A stretch of 64,000 nucleotides of DNA, from contig NIVC01000387.1 of NCBI GenBank assembly GCA_002269645.1, positions 310,001 through 374,000 on the forward strand, read 5' to 3'. This DNA is from Macrostomum lignano. Its lineage: Eukaryota. The position numbers and the translations under genes were made by a program. Positions 11,534 through 23,433 of the stretch are shown here, piece after piece. The notes under the pieces are model-generated. The model had not been told where the DNA came from. It searched no databases and worked only from the letters and a program-made list of their open reading frames with translations. Every line of letters begins with the position of its first letter. Within the stretch, counting starts at the first letter, position 1.

Positions 11534-14118
11534 TCAGCAGCTGGGCTGCGCGTTCGCCTGCGGCACAGGCGGCGCCAGCTTGCCGGCTGCCGATTTTGCC
11601 GCGGCCTTGGCGGCGGCCAGCACCGGCCCGGCACCCAGCGCCAGCAGCCCGTCAGCCACTCGGCGGCCCAGCCGGACACAGGCGGCCAGATGGCGGCGGT
11701 CCCGCCCGTCTGGCTCCGGGTAGTGCAGCCCGATGAAGCGCTCGGGAGACTCCGGAGACTCCGCTGCCTCCGCCTTCGTCGCCTCGCCGGCCGACTGCCG
11801 ACGTCGCTTCGCCGACGTCGGCCCCGCCTCCTCCTCGCCAGCGTCCTCCGTCAGCGCCTCGTCAGCCTCGAACTCGAACACCTCTGTGCCGTCCACCGAC
11901 AGCACGCGCGCCTCCAGCTTGAGCCGGCGCGGCGCGTCACCGGCCGCCTCCGACCAGACAGAGCGAACTCCGAGCGGCACCGAGCACCCACCGTCCAGGG
12001 CGCGCAGCAGACTGCGCTCCGCCACCGCCTGCGGGCATTTGGGAATTCGAAACTGTTGAGGATATTCATCATGGAAACTAACCAGCCTCACAAACTGGCA
12101 CTGACCAGCCTCACAAACTGGCACTGACCAGCCTCACAAACTGGCACTGACCAGCCCCATAAACTGGCACTGACCAGCCCCATAAACTGGCACTGACCAG
12201 CCCCACAAACTGGCACTGACCAGCCTCACAAACTGGCACTGACCAGCCCCACAAACTGGCACTGACCAGCCTCACAAACTGGCACTGACCAGCCCCACAA
12301 ACTGGCACTGACCAGCCCCACAAACTGGCACTGACCAGCCCCACAAACTGGCACTGACCAGCCCCACAAACTGGCACTGACCAGCCCCACAAACTGGCAC
12401 TGACCAGCCCCATAAACTGGCACTGACCAGCCTCACAAACTGGCACTGACCAGCCCCACAAACTGGCACTGACCAGCCCCACAAACTGGCACTGACCAGC
12501 CCCATAAACTGGCACTGACCAGCCCCACAAACTGGCACTGACCAGCCCCACAAACTGGCACTGACCAGCCTCACAAACTGGCACTGACCAGCCCCACAAA
12601 CTGGCACTGACCAGCCCCACAAACTGGCACTGACCAGCCCCACAAACTGGCACTGACCAGCCCCATAAACTGGCACTGACCAGCCCCACAAACTGGCACT
12701 GACCAGCCCCACAAACTGGCACTGACCAGCCCCACAAACTGGCACTGACCAGCCCCATAAACTGGCACTGACCAGCCCCATAAACTGGCACTGACCAGCC
12801 TCACAAACTGGCACTGACCAGCCTCACATACTGGCACTGACCAGCCCCACAAACTGGCACTGACCAGCCCCACAAACTGGCACTGACCAGCCTCACAAAC
12901 TGGCACTGACCAGCCCCATAAACTGGCACTGACCAGCCCCATAAACTGGCACTGACCAGCCTCACAAACTGGCACTGACCAGCCTCACAAACTGGCACTG
13001 ACCAGCCCCACAAACTGGCACTGACCAGCCCCACAAACTGGCACTGACCAGCCCCACAAACTGGCACTGACCAGCCTCACAAACTGGCACTGACCAGCCC
13101 CACAAACTGGCACTGACCAGCCCCACAAACTGGCACTGACCAGCCCACAAACTGGCACTGACCAGCCCCACAAACTGGCACTGACCAGCCCCATAAACTG
13201 GCACTGACCAGCCCCACAAACTGGCACTGACCAGCCCCATAAACTGGCACTGACCAGCCCCACAAACTGGCACTGACCAGCCCCCGAAAAAACTGCACAA
13301 AGCCCCATCAGGCTCCGCCCCCGCACCTCCAGGAAGCTGTCCCGGTGCAGCAGGGGCCGCAGCAGCCGCACAGTGTCCTGATCGCCATCGCGGCACTGCA
13401 CAGCGAGGGCGCCCTGTCCCACAGCGGGCAGGCAGTGCTGCAGGCTGCAGGCGATGCGATCAGTCCAGCCCATGCGGACGAGACCAGCCTCGGCCAGGAT
13501 CAGGCCGTCCAGTCCGCACTCCTGGGCGTTCAGCTTTCGCCACCGGGTGCCGAGGTTGCCGCGCACGGACTGGAAGCGGAGGCCCGGGTGCGCCCGGCTG
13601 AGCTGCGCCGAGCGGCGGAGGCTGGACGTGCCGATGACGGAGCCGGGCGGCAGGCCGGCCAGGTCCTTGACGTCGGCCTCCACGTGGCGCGGGTGCAGGA
13701 CGAGGGCGTCGCGCGGCAGCTCCCGGCGCAGGATGCAGGGCACGGCCAGGCCGTCCGGGCACTGGGTGGGCAGGTCCTTCAGCGAGTGCACCACCAGCTG
13801 CACCTGGCCGCTGAGCAGGGCGGCGTCCAGCTCCTGAGTGAACAGGCCTTTGTCGCCGATGTGGGACAGCGCCCTGTCCAGGATCTGGTCCCCGATGGTG
13901 TCCATGTGGACGATGCGGAACTGCCGGCCGCAGTCCGGGCCGAGCTGACGCAGCACCTCGTGCGTCTGGCGCAGTGCCAACTCGCTGCGCCGCGAGCCCA
14001 CCGAGACGACGGGCGGCGCCGATGCTGACACCGAAGCTGCAGAGTCCGCATCGCCAGCAGCTGAGCTCGCGCTCGCAGAGTCGCCGCCGCTGTCCGTCCT
14101 GACAGAGGCCGGCTGCAT
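11534..14118 (-). CDS. HMBS: Hydroxymethylbilane synthase (porphobilinogen deaminase), 428 aa, 2 exons
   Basis: Exons 14118-13327 and 12028-11534. Motifs VGSRRSELAL, GDKGLFTQEL, VHSLKDLP, GTSSLRR, VRGNL, AVGQGALAV and AERSLLRALDGGCSVP (cofactor Cys). Confidence 0.97.
12080..13283. repeat. 23-bp minisatellite (CCAGCCCCACAAACTGGCACTGA)n, about 52 copies, HMBS intron
   Basis: Tandem array filling the intron 12029-13326. Confidence 0.97.
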
Positions 14119-14229
14119 TGCTGATTAGCTGAGGATTTCTATTGGAATTCAATAGAACTGCCGGCCCCCGAACTGCGAAACTGAAATCAGGTTTATTGAC
14201 AGCTGCTTAGCCGCAGGCCTGCGATCGCT

Positions 14230-14660
14230 AATTTAATCCTAAATTAATCCTAATTGATCCTAATCGTACCCTAAGTTGATCCTAACTTGATCCTAATTCG
14301 CCACTAAGTTGATCGTAATCTGACCAAAAGTTTATCCTAATCTGACCCTAATTTAATCCTAATCTGGCCCTAATTTCATCCTAATCCGAGTCTGACCCTA
14401 AGTTGATCCTAATCTGACCCTAAGTTGGTTCTAATCTGACTCTAATTTTATTCTAATCTGACCCTAATTTGATCCTAATCTGACCCAAAGTTGATCCTAA
14501 CCTGACCTTTAGTTTATCCTAATCTGATCCTAATTCGACTCTTAGTTGATCCTAATGTGACTCTAAGTTGATCCTAATCTGATCCTAAGTTAATCCTAAG
14601 TTTATCCTAATCGGACTCTAAGTTGATCCGAATAAGATTCTAAGTTGATCCTAAATTTGA
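14230..14660. repeat. Degenerate ~20-22-bp tandem repeat (TTGATCCTAATCTGACCCTAAG-like)
   Basis: Repeated CCTAA/CTGAC motifs immediately upstream of HMBS. Confidence 0.8.
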
Positions 14661-15530
14661 TTAGGTCAGGAAATAATAAGAAGTCAGCTCAGCTGAGCTA
14701 TAGACAGCAAATATATTATCTGCAGTGGAATCAGCCATAGGTAAAATTATTAATGTGTACAAAAATAAAAATAGTCAATAATCAGGAGAACAAACCTGCC
14801 TAAACAAAGGAATAGAAAAAGCTGTGCACCAAAGTCTTTAAGGCGGTTGACACGCACAGATATAGTGTAGCAAAGCAGATATAGACCATATCGGGGCGTG
14901 AGAATTGCCCCGCTTCTGTGCCACTCCCCAAGTAGAACAGCCAGTAAGAAAGAGAATTTTTGTAGGATTTATTTTACTCTATCTGAAAATCTACCCTCCC
15001 TGCAGACTGGATTGAATGCGAAGGCCGTATGCGAGAGATTCAGATAAGATAGCACATACACTGGCATCGCAGCCAGTGCGTAAGTCTCCTGCAATCGCTA
15101 AAATACAATTTGAGCAAGGAAAAAGTGGCTGGCTGCTCAATAAACAATCTTGATTGGAATTATTTTGCAGCTGGTTGGCTGCTGTTTTTTTTAATGAATT
15201 TGCTGCTCGTTGAGCAAAACAGGCAACCCCACGGCGACACTTGAGATTTATCTAGCAGAATAATTTACTTTTTCTTAACCCATATACTACTTACAGTATC
15301 TTTGAAGAGTGTGCTTTTTAGTATTGAAAAAACAAGTCAATTTAATCCAAGTGAACTAGCAAGTGATAGTTATTACGAGCATTACTACACAAGGAAAGGT
15401 GAGGGACTAATAAAACCGAATAGAAAAGCATGTCATTATTAATTTAAACAGGCAATACAGGCTCAAATTGCGGGGCTAATTAAATATCAAAGTAGAATTT
15501 CAGCTCTTTAAGAACTTTAAAATGGATTAT

Positions 15531-17220
15531 TTCAATCCAGATGTTTTATTTTTCAAACCTCCATGGCTAACGCTACGGAGTTTAGTCAACACTACTATCA
15601 GTAGTATTTGAGTTCAATCCAGATGTTTTATTTTTCAAACGTCCATGGCTAACGCTACGGAGTTTAGTCAACACTACTATCAGTAGTATTTGAGTTCAAT
15701 CCAGATGTTTTATTTTTCAAACCTCCATGGCTAACGCTACGGAGTTTAGTCAACACTACTATCAGTAGTATTTGAGTTCAATCCAGATGTTTTATTTTTC
15801 AAACCTCCATGGCTAACGCTACGGAGTTTAGTCAACACTACTATCAGTAGTATTTGAGTTCAATCCAGATGTTTTATTTTTCAAACGTCCATGGCTAACG
15901 CTACGGAGTTTAGTCAACACTACTATCAGTAGTATTTGAGTTCAATCCAGATGTTTTATTTTTCAAACCTCCATGGCTAACGCTACGGAGTTTAGTCAAC
16001 ACTACTATCAGTAGTATTTGAGTTCAATCCAGATGTTTTATTTTTCAAACGTCCATGGCTAACGCTACGGAGTTTAGTCAACACTACTATCAGTAGTATT
16101 TGAGTTCAATCCAGATGTTTTATTTTTCAAACCTCCATGGCTAACGCTACGGAGTTTAGTCAACACTACTATCAGTAGTATTTGAGTTCAATCCAGATGT
16201 TTTATTTTTCAAACGTCCATGGCTAACGCTACGGAGTTTAGTCAACACTACTATCAGTAGTATTTGAGTTCAATCCAGATGTTTTATTTTTCAAACCTCC
16301 ATGGCTAACGCTACGGAGTTTAGTCAACACTACTATCAGTAGTATTTGAGTTCAATCCAGATGTTTTATTTTTCAAACGTCCATGGCTAACGCTACGGAG
16401 TTTAGTCAACACTACTATCAGTAGTATTTGAGTTCAATCCAGATGTTTTATTTTTCAAACCTCCATGGCTAACGCTACGGAGTTTAGTCAACACTACTAT
16501 CAGTAGTATTTGAGTTCAATCCAGATGTTTTATTTTTCAAACGTCCATGGCTAACGCTACGGAGTTTAGTCAACACTACTATCAGTAGTATTTGAGTTCA
16601 ATCCAGATGTTTTATTTTTCAAACCTCCATGGCTAACGCTACGGAGTTTAGTCAACACTACTATCAGTAGTATTTGAGTTCAATCCAGATGTTTTATTTT
16701 TCAAACGTCCATGGCTAACGCTACGGAGTTTAGTCAACACTACTATCAGTAGTATTTGAGTTCAATCCAGATGTTTTATTTTTCAAACCTCCATGGCTAA
16801 CGCTACGGAGTTTAGTCAACACTACTATCAGTAGTATTTGAGTTCAATCCAGATGTTTTATTTTTCAAACGTCCATGGCTAACGCTACGGAGTTTAGTCA
16901 ACACTACTATCAGTAGTATTTGAGTTCAATCCAGATGTTTTATTTTTCAAACCTCCATGGCTAACGCTACGGAGTTTAGTCAACACTACTATCAGTAGTA
17001 TTTGAGTTCAATCCAGATGTTTTATTTTTCAAACCTCCATGGCTAACGCTACGGAGTTTAGTCAACACTACTATCAGTAGTATTTGAGTTCAATCCAGAT
17101 GTTTTATTTTTCAAACCTCCATGGCTAACGCTACGGAGTTTAGTCAACACTACTATCAGTAGTATTTGAGTTCAATCCAGATGTTTTATTTTTCAAACCT
17201 CCATGGCTAACGCTACGGAG
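15531..17220. repeat. 82-bp satellite, 21 copies, each with AATAAA on the minus strand
   Basis: Unit starts at 15531, 15613 ... 17171 (20 x 82). A C/G variant (AAACCTCC vs AAACGTCC) alternates over most of the array. Confidence 0.96.
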
Positions 17221-17308
17221 TTGATTAAAACTACTATTAGTAGCATTTGAGTCAATACTACATAGCTACTTGTGCAGGCAGCCTCCAGTTGCGAAGGCAT
17301 CAGTAGTC

Positions 17309-19741
17309 TCAGTCGAACTCGGCCCCGATGGCGATGCTCATGTCGCCATCCAGAATCCTGGTGCCGTGGTACCACAGCGTGGTGTCCAGCGCGATGACCT
17401 GGCCGGGCTCCACAACCACGCTGATTGGCTGGCACTGGTACGAGCACTCCAGCGGCGGCATCAGGTCCCAGCGCTTGCGGCCGCGCACCTGCGCCTGCCA
17501 GGACACGTGGCCGACATCGTCCACGTGCATGTGGGCGCCGTAGTTCGGCGAGCCCATGAACACCCAGTCGGTGCCGAGGGTCTCGGACTCGCGGGGCAGG
17601 AAGTACGGCCGGGAATAGTAGGAGCGGAGGATGGCGGCCACCCTTGGCGAGCAGTTGGACCAGCCGACGTACCTGCAGTGCGGCAGACAGTTGATTAAGA
17701 ACAGATCAGTTTCAATTAGAATCAACTCCATCAATACTCCGTTTCCTGTCTGAAGTCTCCTCCGCATTGAAGAAAATCGTTTCCGGGGGAAGGAGAACTG
17801 ATGGCAGAAAACTTAACTGATATTGACTTGCAGATTCGCATTGACTAAGCGAGGGTACCAGGGACCATTCCGCCCCTGACCAGTCCAGGAGACTGTGAGG
17901 CGGCCAATGACCATTTCATCCCTGACCAGTCCAGGAGACTGTGAGGCGGCCAAGGACCATTCTGTCTCAAGCAGTCCAGGAGACTGTAGGGGACGGAGCG
18001 GAGGACCATTCTCCAAGAATGGCCAAGGACCATTCTCTCTCAAGCAGTCCAGGAGACTGTAGGGGACGGAGCGGAGGACCATTCTCCAAGAATGGCCAAG
18101 GACTCATGAATTTAAATGGCCAAGGACCATTCTCTCTCAAGCAGTCCAGGAGACTGTAGGGGGCTGCCAAGGACCATTCCGCCCCCAAGCAGTCCAGGAG
18201 ACTGTAGGGGGCTGCCAAGGACCATTCCGCCCCCAAGCAGTCCAGGAGACTGTAGGAGGCGGCCAAGGACCATTCCGCCCCCAAGCAGTCCAGGAGACTG
18301 TAGGAGGCGGCCAAGGACGATTCCGCCCCCAAGCAGTCCAGGAGACTGTAGGAGGCGGCCAAGGACGATTCCGCCCCCGAGCAGTCCAGGTGACTCTAGG
18401 GGCGGCCAAGGACCACTCCGCCCTAAGCAGTCCAGGAGATTCTGAGGCGGGGGGGGGGCAAGGACCGTTCCTTCCCTACCCCGCCCATCAGATAAGCTAG
18501 CTAGCCCGCAGTTCATATGCCGCATAAACCCAGACCAAAGCCCCTTACCAAGGCTTGAACCCGGGCTCCATGCGGGCCTGCGCCTCTGGCATAGCGAACA
18601 CCTGGCCCAAATTGGCGAACTCGGATTTGTATGGGAAGAACTGGCAGTGCTCCTCCTCGGCCGAGGCAGGGCTGTACAGACTGCGGAAGAAGTCGAAGTT
18701 CATGTGGTTCAGCTGCCAGCCGCGGGAACCATCGGTGACAACGACGGGCACGCGAGCGTCGACGAATTCGCGCTGGAATTCGGCGGGGTCCAGGTTGGAC
18801 CTGCGCGGCACCGCAGTGAGGTTGCGGCAGAAATTGCAGTCGGGCACAACCGGCCTCAGCAACTGCATAGTAATCGCCTCAGGCAGCAGCGTGGTGGGGC
18901 TCACCTGTGTTGTATTTTACAACATTGGGGTGTTGTATTTTATACTGCTCAGCTTGCTTCAATTAAATGCCTCCGCCATCCTTGACCCCTGTGTCCTCCC
19001 TTCTCCGCCCATTCATGTCCTCCCTTCTCCGCCCATTCATGTCCTCCCTTCTTCGCCCATTCATGTCCTCCCTTCTCCGCCCATTCATGTCCTCCCTTCT
19101 CCGCCCATTCATGTCCTCCCTTCTTCGCCCATTCATGTCCTCCCTTCTCCGCCCATTCATGTCCTCCCTTCTCCGCCCTTCATGTCCTCCCTTCTCCGCC
19201 CATTCATGTCCTCCCTTCTCCGCCCATTCATGTCCTCCCTTCTCCGCCCATTCATGTCCTCCCTTCTTCGCCCATTCATGTCCTCCCTTCTCCGCCCATT
19301 CATGTCCTCCCTTCTCCGCCCTTCATGTCCTCACTTCTCCGCTCCTCCTGTCCTCCCTTCTCCGCCCCTTTTCAAATCTCAGCCCCACAATCTGCATCCC
19401 AGACTTCTCACCAGACACGCCTGATCCATCGGAAGGCGCAGCAGCTGGCTGCCGATGAAGCCGATAACGGGCTCCAGCTGGCTGGCCAGCTCCGGCCGCA
19501 GCATCGGCACCAGCAGCAGCACCATGAAGGCCAGCGCCACCATAGAGGCAACCAGTATGACAAACAGGAAGCCAATAAAACAGTAGCAGCCAGCGGTTCG
19601 AACCCGAGATCTCCAGTTGTGCAGGCGGGCAAGCGCGGGGTCCAGCTCGGCCAGCAGCTGCCACTGGTCGTCATTCAACGGTCGGGCCAGCAGCGCCTCC
19701 AGCAGGCGGGCGGATTCGGTGGGCGCCTCTTTGCCATCCAT
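17309..19741 (-). CDS. Membrane-anchored JmjC/cupin-like protein, 3 exons, about 349 aa
   Basis: Exons 19741-19412, 18904-18549 and 17672-17309, with compatible phases. N-terminal hydrophobic segment (FIGFLFVILVASMVALAFMVLLLV); GAHMHVD..WQAQVRGRKRW..WYHGT gives the JmjC HxD..H triad. Confidence 0.85.
17860..18440. repeat. ~48-bp minisatellite (CCAAGGACCATTCCGCCCCCAAGCAGTCCAGGAGACTGTAGGAGGCGG-like)
   Basis: Tandem array in JmjC intron 2. Confidence 0.9.
18985..19335. repeat. 24-bp minisatellite (CCCATTCATGTCCTCCCTTCTCCG)n, about 14 copies
   Basis: Tandem array in JmjC intron 1. Confidence 0.95.
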
Positions 19742-20568
19742 AACAGAGGAACAGGGGATGGGGGAAGGCTGGGGAGCTGCGGAGACGTTCGGAAACTCTT
19801 GGAGCTGCTTTCGCTGAAAGCAAGAGCGGAGGGAAACTGGATGAGCACCAATTTAAATGGAAAGCAAAAGGCGAGACGAGGTTGGCTGCAGATGCCGCAT
19901 TGCCCAACCCCAGGCCAAGCGAGCAGCCACTCTCAGCCAAGCCAACCGGCTTATCAGTAAAAATGGGATGCCAGCAGGCGGCTCTGGCGTTGGCGTGACG
20001 AATGAGCTTTCACCCACTCGTGCTCGAAGGCCTGTCGTTCAGAGAACAACTCGAATCGGGATAGCAGGGCGGCTGGGGCTCAAATCTCAGTGGCAAATAT
20101 TCATCTGCAAACTCCTAATTAAAAACTGGGACTCCCCTGCCTGATGAAAACGGTACCCAGGACAAGAAGCGTCCCAGAGTCACTTGCGTCGCCCAGTCAT
20201 CGTAGGTAACACAGGTAAAATAGGAAAGATGACTCTAGACGACTCTAAAACGACAAGATGTCACGGTTACACAGTAGAAGTCGTCAAAAGTTGTTAAAGA
20301 GTCGCCCAAGAGTAAATTTGAGGCATTTGATTGTCTGCGACTCTGAAACGACTCCGGATTGACACAAGTGATTTTGACTCTGGGACCATCGAGTTTTACC
20401 TGAGGCATGCTGGAGTTGCTGTTGAGTCACTGAGTTGCGTCTAAAGCGCATCTGCATCACTTTATGAATTAGACTAAGTAGAAATCAGTCTTCTTGAGTT
20501 AGTAGAAAATAAAGTGCTAACATGACTGTTAGACGACTCTTATAATTCTACAACTCAGGTGATGTTCT

Positions 20569-21216
20569 TTAGTGTTCCGCCATAGCCGTAGCTATGGCTA
20601 CAAGATCCTACGGCAAATATGGTAAAATAGGTGCCTACGGCAGCTACGGATATGCCTACAGTAGCTAGCTGCTCTTACGGCTACAACTATGGAAATATGG
20701 TAGTTGTTGTCACATTCCGTAGATTCCCGTAGCCGTAGTTATTCATGTTAAAACATTAAAAAAATTTTAGAAACAGGTAGAGTAAAACAAAGATACTTTT
20801 AGTAAACTGTATTATCAACTTAGAAACTTTTAAAATATACCTTAAAAAGTACAATAAAACACTAGCAAACTCTAATTTTTATTGATGTGAAAAAGTTCAG
20901 CATTAGTACTTTCAGTAACAATATTAAGTATTGTTGCTTGGAAAAAAGACAAAATAAAATCTTACAAAGGCAATTGAGTGTTTCTTTTATTTTCTAACTT
21001 AATTTGCAGTTGTTTAAGCACCAGGTTATCTTCTTGATTAAAAATATTTTGTTTTCTAGACTTTTTGTTAAAACTACAGCTATGGCTACGGGAACTACAG
21101 GAATATGGTAATATTAGGGTCCCTACAGCTATGGAATATAGAGAATTGGAATAAGCTGTAGTTTTGCTTACGGCTATGGCTATGGTACATGGACCTTCCT
21201 TATGGCGGAACACTAA
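20569..21216. mobile_element. 648-bp non-autonomous DNA transposon (MITE), 16-bp perfect TIRs, 6-bp TSD
   Basis: TIRs TTAGTGTTCCGCCATA ... TATGGCGGAACACTAA, flanked by TGTTCT at 20563-20568 and 21217-21222; subterminal CCGTAG/CTACGG/CTATGG repeats. Confidence 0.85.
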
Positions 21217-21394
21217 TGTTCTCATGACTCAAAAGTTGCCTTTTAATCACATTACAGTTGTTTGAGTAGTCATTAAAAAGCTATAAGTCACCCCAGCATT
21301 GCTAGAGCCATTAGTGAGTTGTTTGCAATGACTTAATTGATTCTTGTCATGGTAATGTTTCAATGGTCTTGAAGCCTGTCTGAGACTTTTTAAA

Positions 21395-21685
21395 TAACTG
21401 TTGACTTACAACTTAAAGGTTATGGGTTCAATTCATGCCCAAACTGGAACAATTTGTGTCCTTAAGCAAGAAACTTGACTCTGAATTGTTTCAGCTCACC
21501 TAGCTATAAAATGGATGCCAGCATTAGCTGGGGTAATTGAGGGTATATGTGGTGACCCCTTAGTCCTTAGACTAAATAGCCAAAGGTAGCCTTTAGATAC
21601 ATTTTGCAATAGCTGCTGCTAAGCTTTTGGTTGCATACCTGCCTAATTAGGGCAAGTGTATTAAATGATTAATTATTATTGACTA
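21395..21685 (+). mobile_element. CORE-type tRNA SINE, heavily mutated copy
   Basis: Aligns along its length with the minus-strand copies at 31.7k and 34.2k, including the core TGTGTCCTT(A/G)AGCAAG..ACTT..AAAATGG and an (ATT)n tail. Confidence 0.85.
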
Positions 21686-23092
21686 CAATAGCACAAAATA
21701 AAAGCTATAAAGGAATTATATTAGCCTGGAGCCATTAAAGAGTAAATAGGCAAATGAGTGTTTGGAGATACCAAAATGAAATATGCCATTATAAATATAT
21801 AGATCTAGGATAAATAGACCTTGAACTAAGAGATTACCAAGTAAGACAAGAAATAAAAAAAAATTAGTCATCAATAGTAGCTAAAAATATTTTTGGAAAG
21901 AAAAGCCAATATTGGGCAATGAAGGACAATCACTATTATATGAGACTTGGATAGATTATAAATATATGGCAATACCAAAAAATTTAAGTCTAAGAGTATG
22001 CTTCAATAACCAAATTATTACCAAACTAATAATTGACACAAAATATGCCAAAAAGCCCTAGTAGCCTAGCTTTGCTGCTTAGGTTTAGAGAGTAGAAAGT
22101 TATGGCTAGAGTTGGATTAGAGCTACCACTTGTTTATGACTAGTTTTGGATTAAAAGCTTTAATATAATTGCTTAAGTATACTTATTGCCAATATATAGG
22201 GTATAGATAAATATATATCATTTTAAATTATATTTTAAAATCATGAATAAGACCATGTTTGATAATTAATATGATAGATACTATGCATATACATAACTTC
22301 ATAAGCTTTTTATCATTTTTATGATGTATTTATGAGGCCATATTAATGTAAGACAATCTTATAAATTATATTTAGTTTTATATCTAAAAATCTATTTTTT
22401 CAATGAAATATTTTAAAGTAGGCCTATAAGGATTATTTTATTAAATATTTTTAACATTTATAAGAGCTTCATAGGCCTAAGTGCCTTTTTGAATTTTGAT
22501 TATAAGCATCTAATATAGAGCCCTGTCTGATAAAGCCTATGAAAATAATATATTTATTAATATTAATTATTTCCAATTTTAAAAATAACAACAGGCCTAC
22601 AAAAGTACTATAGTCTAGAGATAGGCCTATAAAGAAAAAAAAACTAAAAAATTATATCAATGCCTACATTAAAAGGCATAAAAATTGGTTAGAGTTAGAG
22701 AGACCTATAAAGCATTATATTGAAAATATTTGTATACCTACAAAACTAACTTTTTGGTTTAAAATGATCAATAGTGCCCTAAGCCATAAGTCTTTAACTT
22801 ATGCCTACAAAGGCTAAATGGACAAAAATGTACTACAAAAGTCTTACAATTTTAGAATACAAAAAGTTTTATAACATTTCATTACATGACAAATTGTCAA
22901 AAGTAAGGCATCCTCTTTTTTTAAATACCTGCACCCCGGGCCTGCAGCAATGACCACGCGACTGGGGGCCGAGGTGGTGACGCCCGCAGACGGGAAACTT
23001 TACAAGAAGCGCAGCAGTAAAACAAAAAATTGACTCAGAATTTGAACTATTTAAAATTACTAACTACGAAGAATAATTTAAGTGGCGCACCC

Positions 23093-23433
23093 ACAAAGGG
23101 CCTGTCAACTTAAGCTCATAAAGTGGAGCCCGAGTAACCTATATACACTAATGATACGTCATTCTGCTCACCGTGACACCAAGAAGCAGGGTTTGGCAAA
23201 AAAGCGACGAATATTGGACTTGTAAATAATTAAGGGACTATTATATGTCAACTTAAGCTCATAAATTAGAGTCCCTGTAATTATCCCCTTGCTTGTTCTC
23301 CCCTATCCCAAGTCCAATTTTAGTCACTGCCAAACCCTGCTTCCTGGTGTTCACTGTACGTGAGCAGAATGACGTATCATTTGTGTACATGGGTTACTCG
23401 GACTCCATGAGCTTAATTTGACAGGCCTTTTGT
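23093..23433. mobile_element. ~340-bp foldback/MITE-like element with ~105-bp imperfect inverted arms
   Basis: ACAAAGGGCCTGTCAACTTAAGCTCAT..GAAGCAGGGTTTGGC versus GCCAAACCCTGCTTC..ATGAGCTTAATTTGACAGGCCTTTTGT; no TSD found. Confidence 0.7.

Noticed and set aside
12111-13298. Multiple Cys/Trp-rich minus-strand ORFs
   Set aside because: Translations of the HMBS intronic 23-bp array; the true exon ends at donor 13326.
13345-14152. 227- and 230-aa ORFs overlapping HMBS
   Set aside because: Antisense or alternate-frame shadows of a GC-rich exon; no motifs.
15531-17220. CRISPR-like appearance of regular repeats here and in other arrays
   Set aside because: Units are head-to-tail with no unique spacers, no cas genes are present, and the context is eukaryotic.
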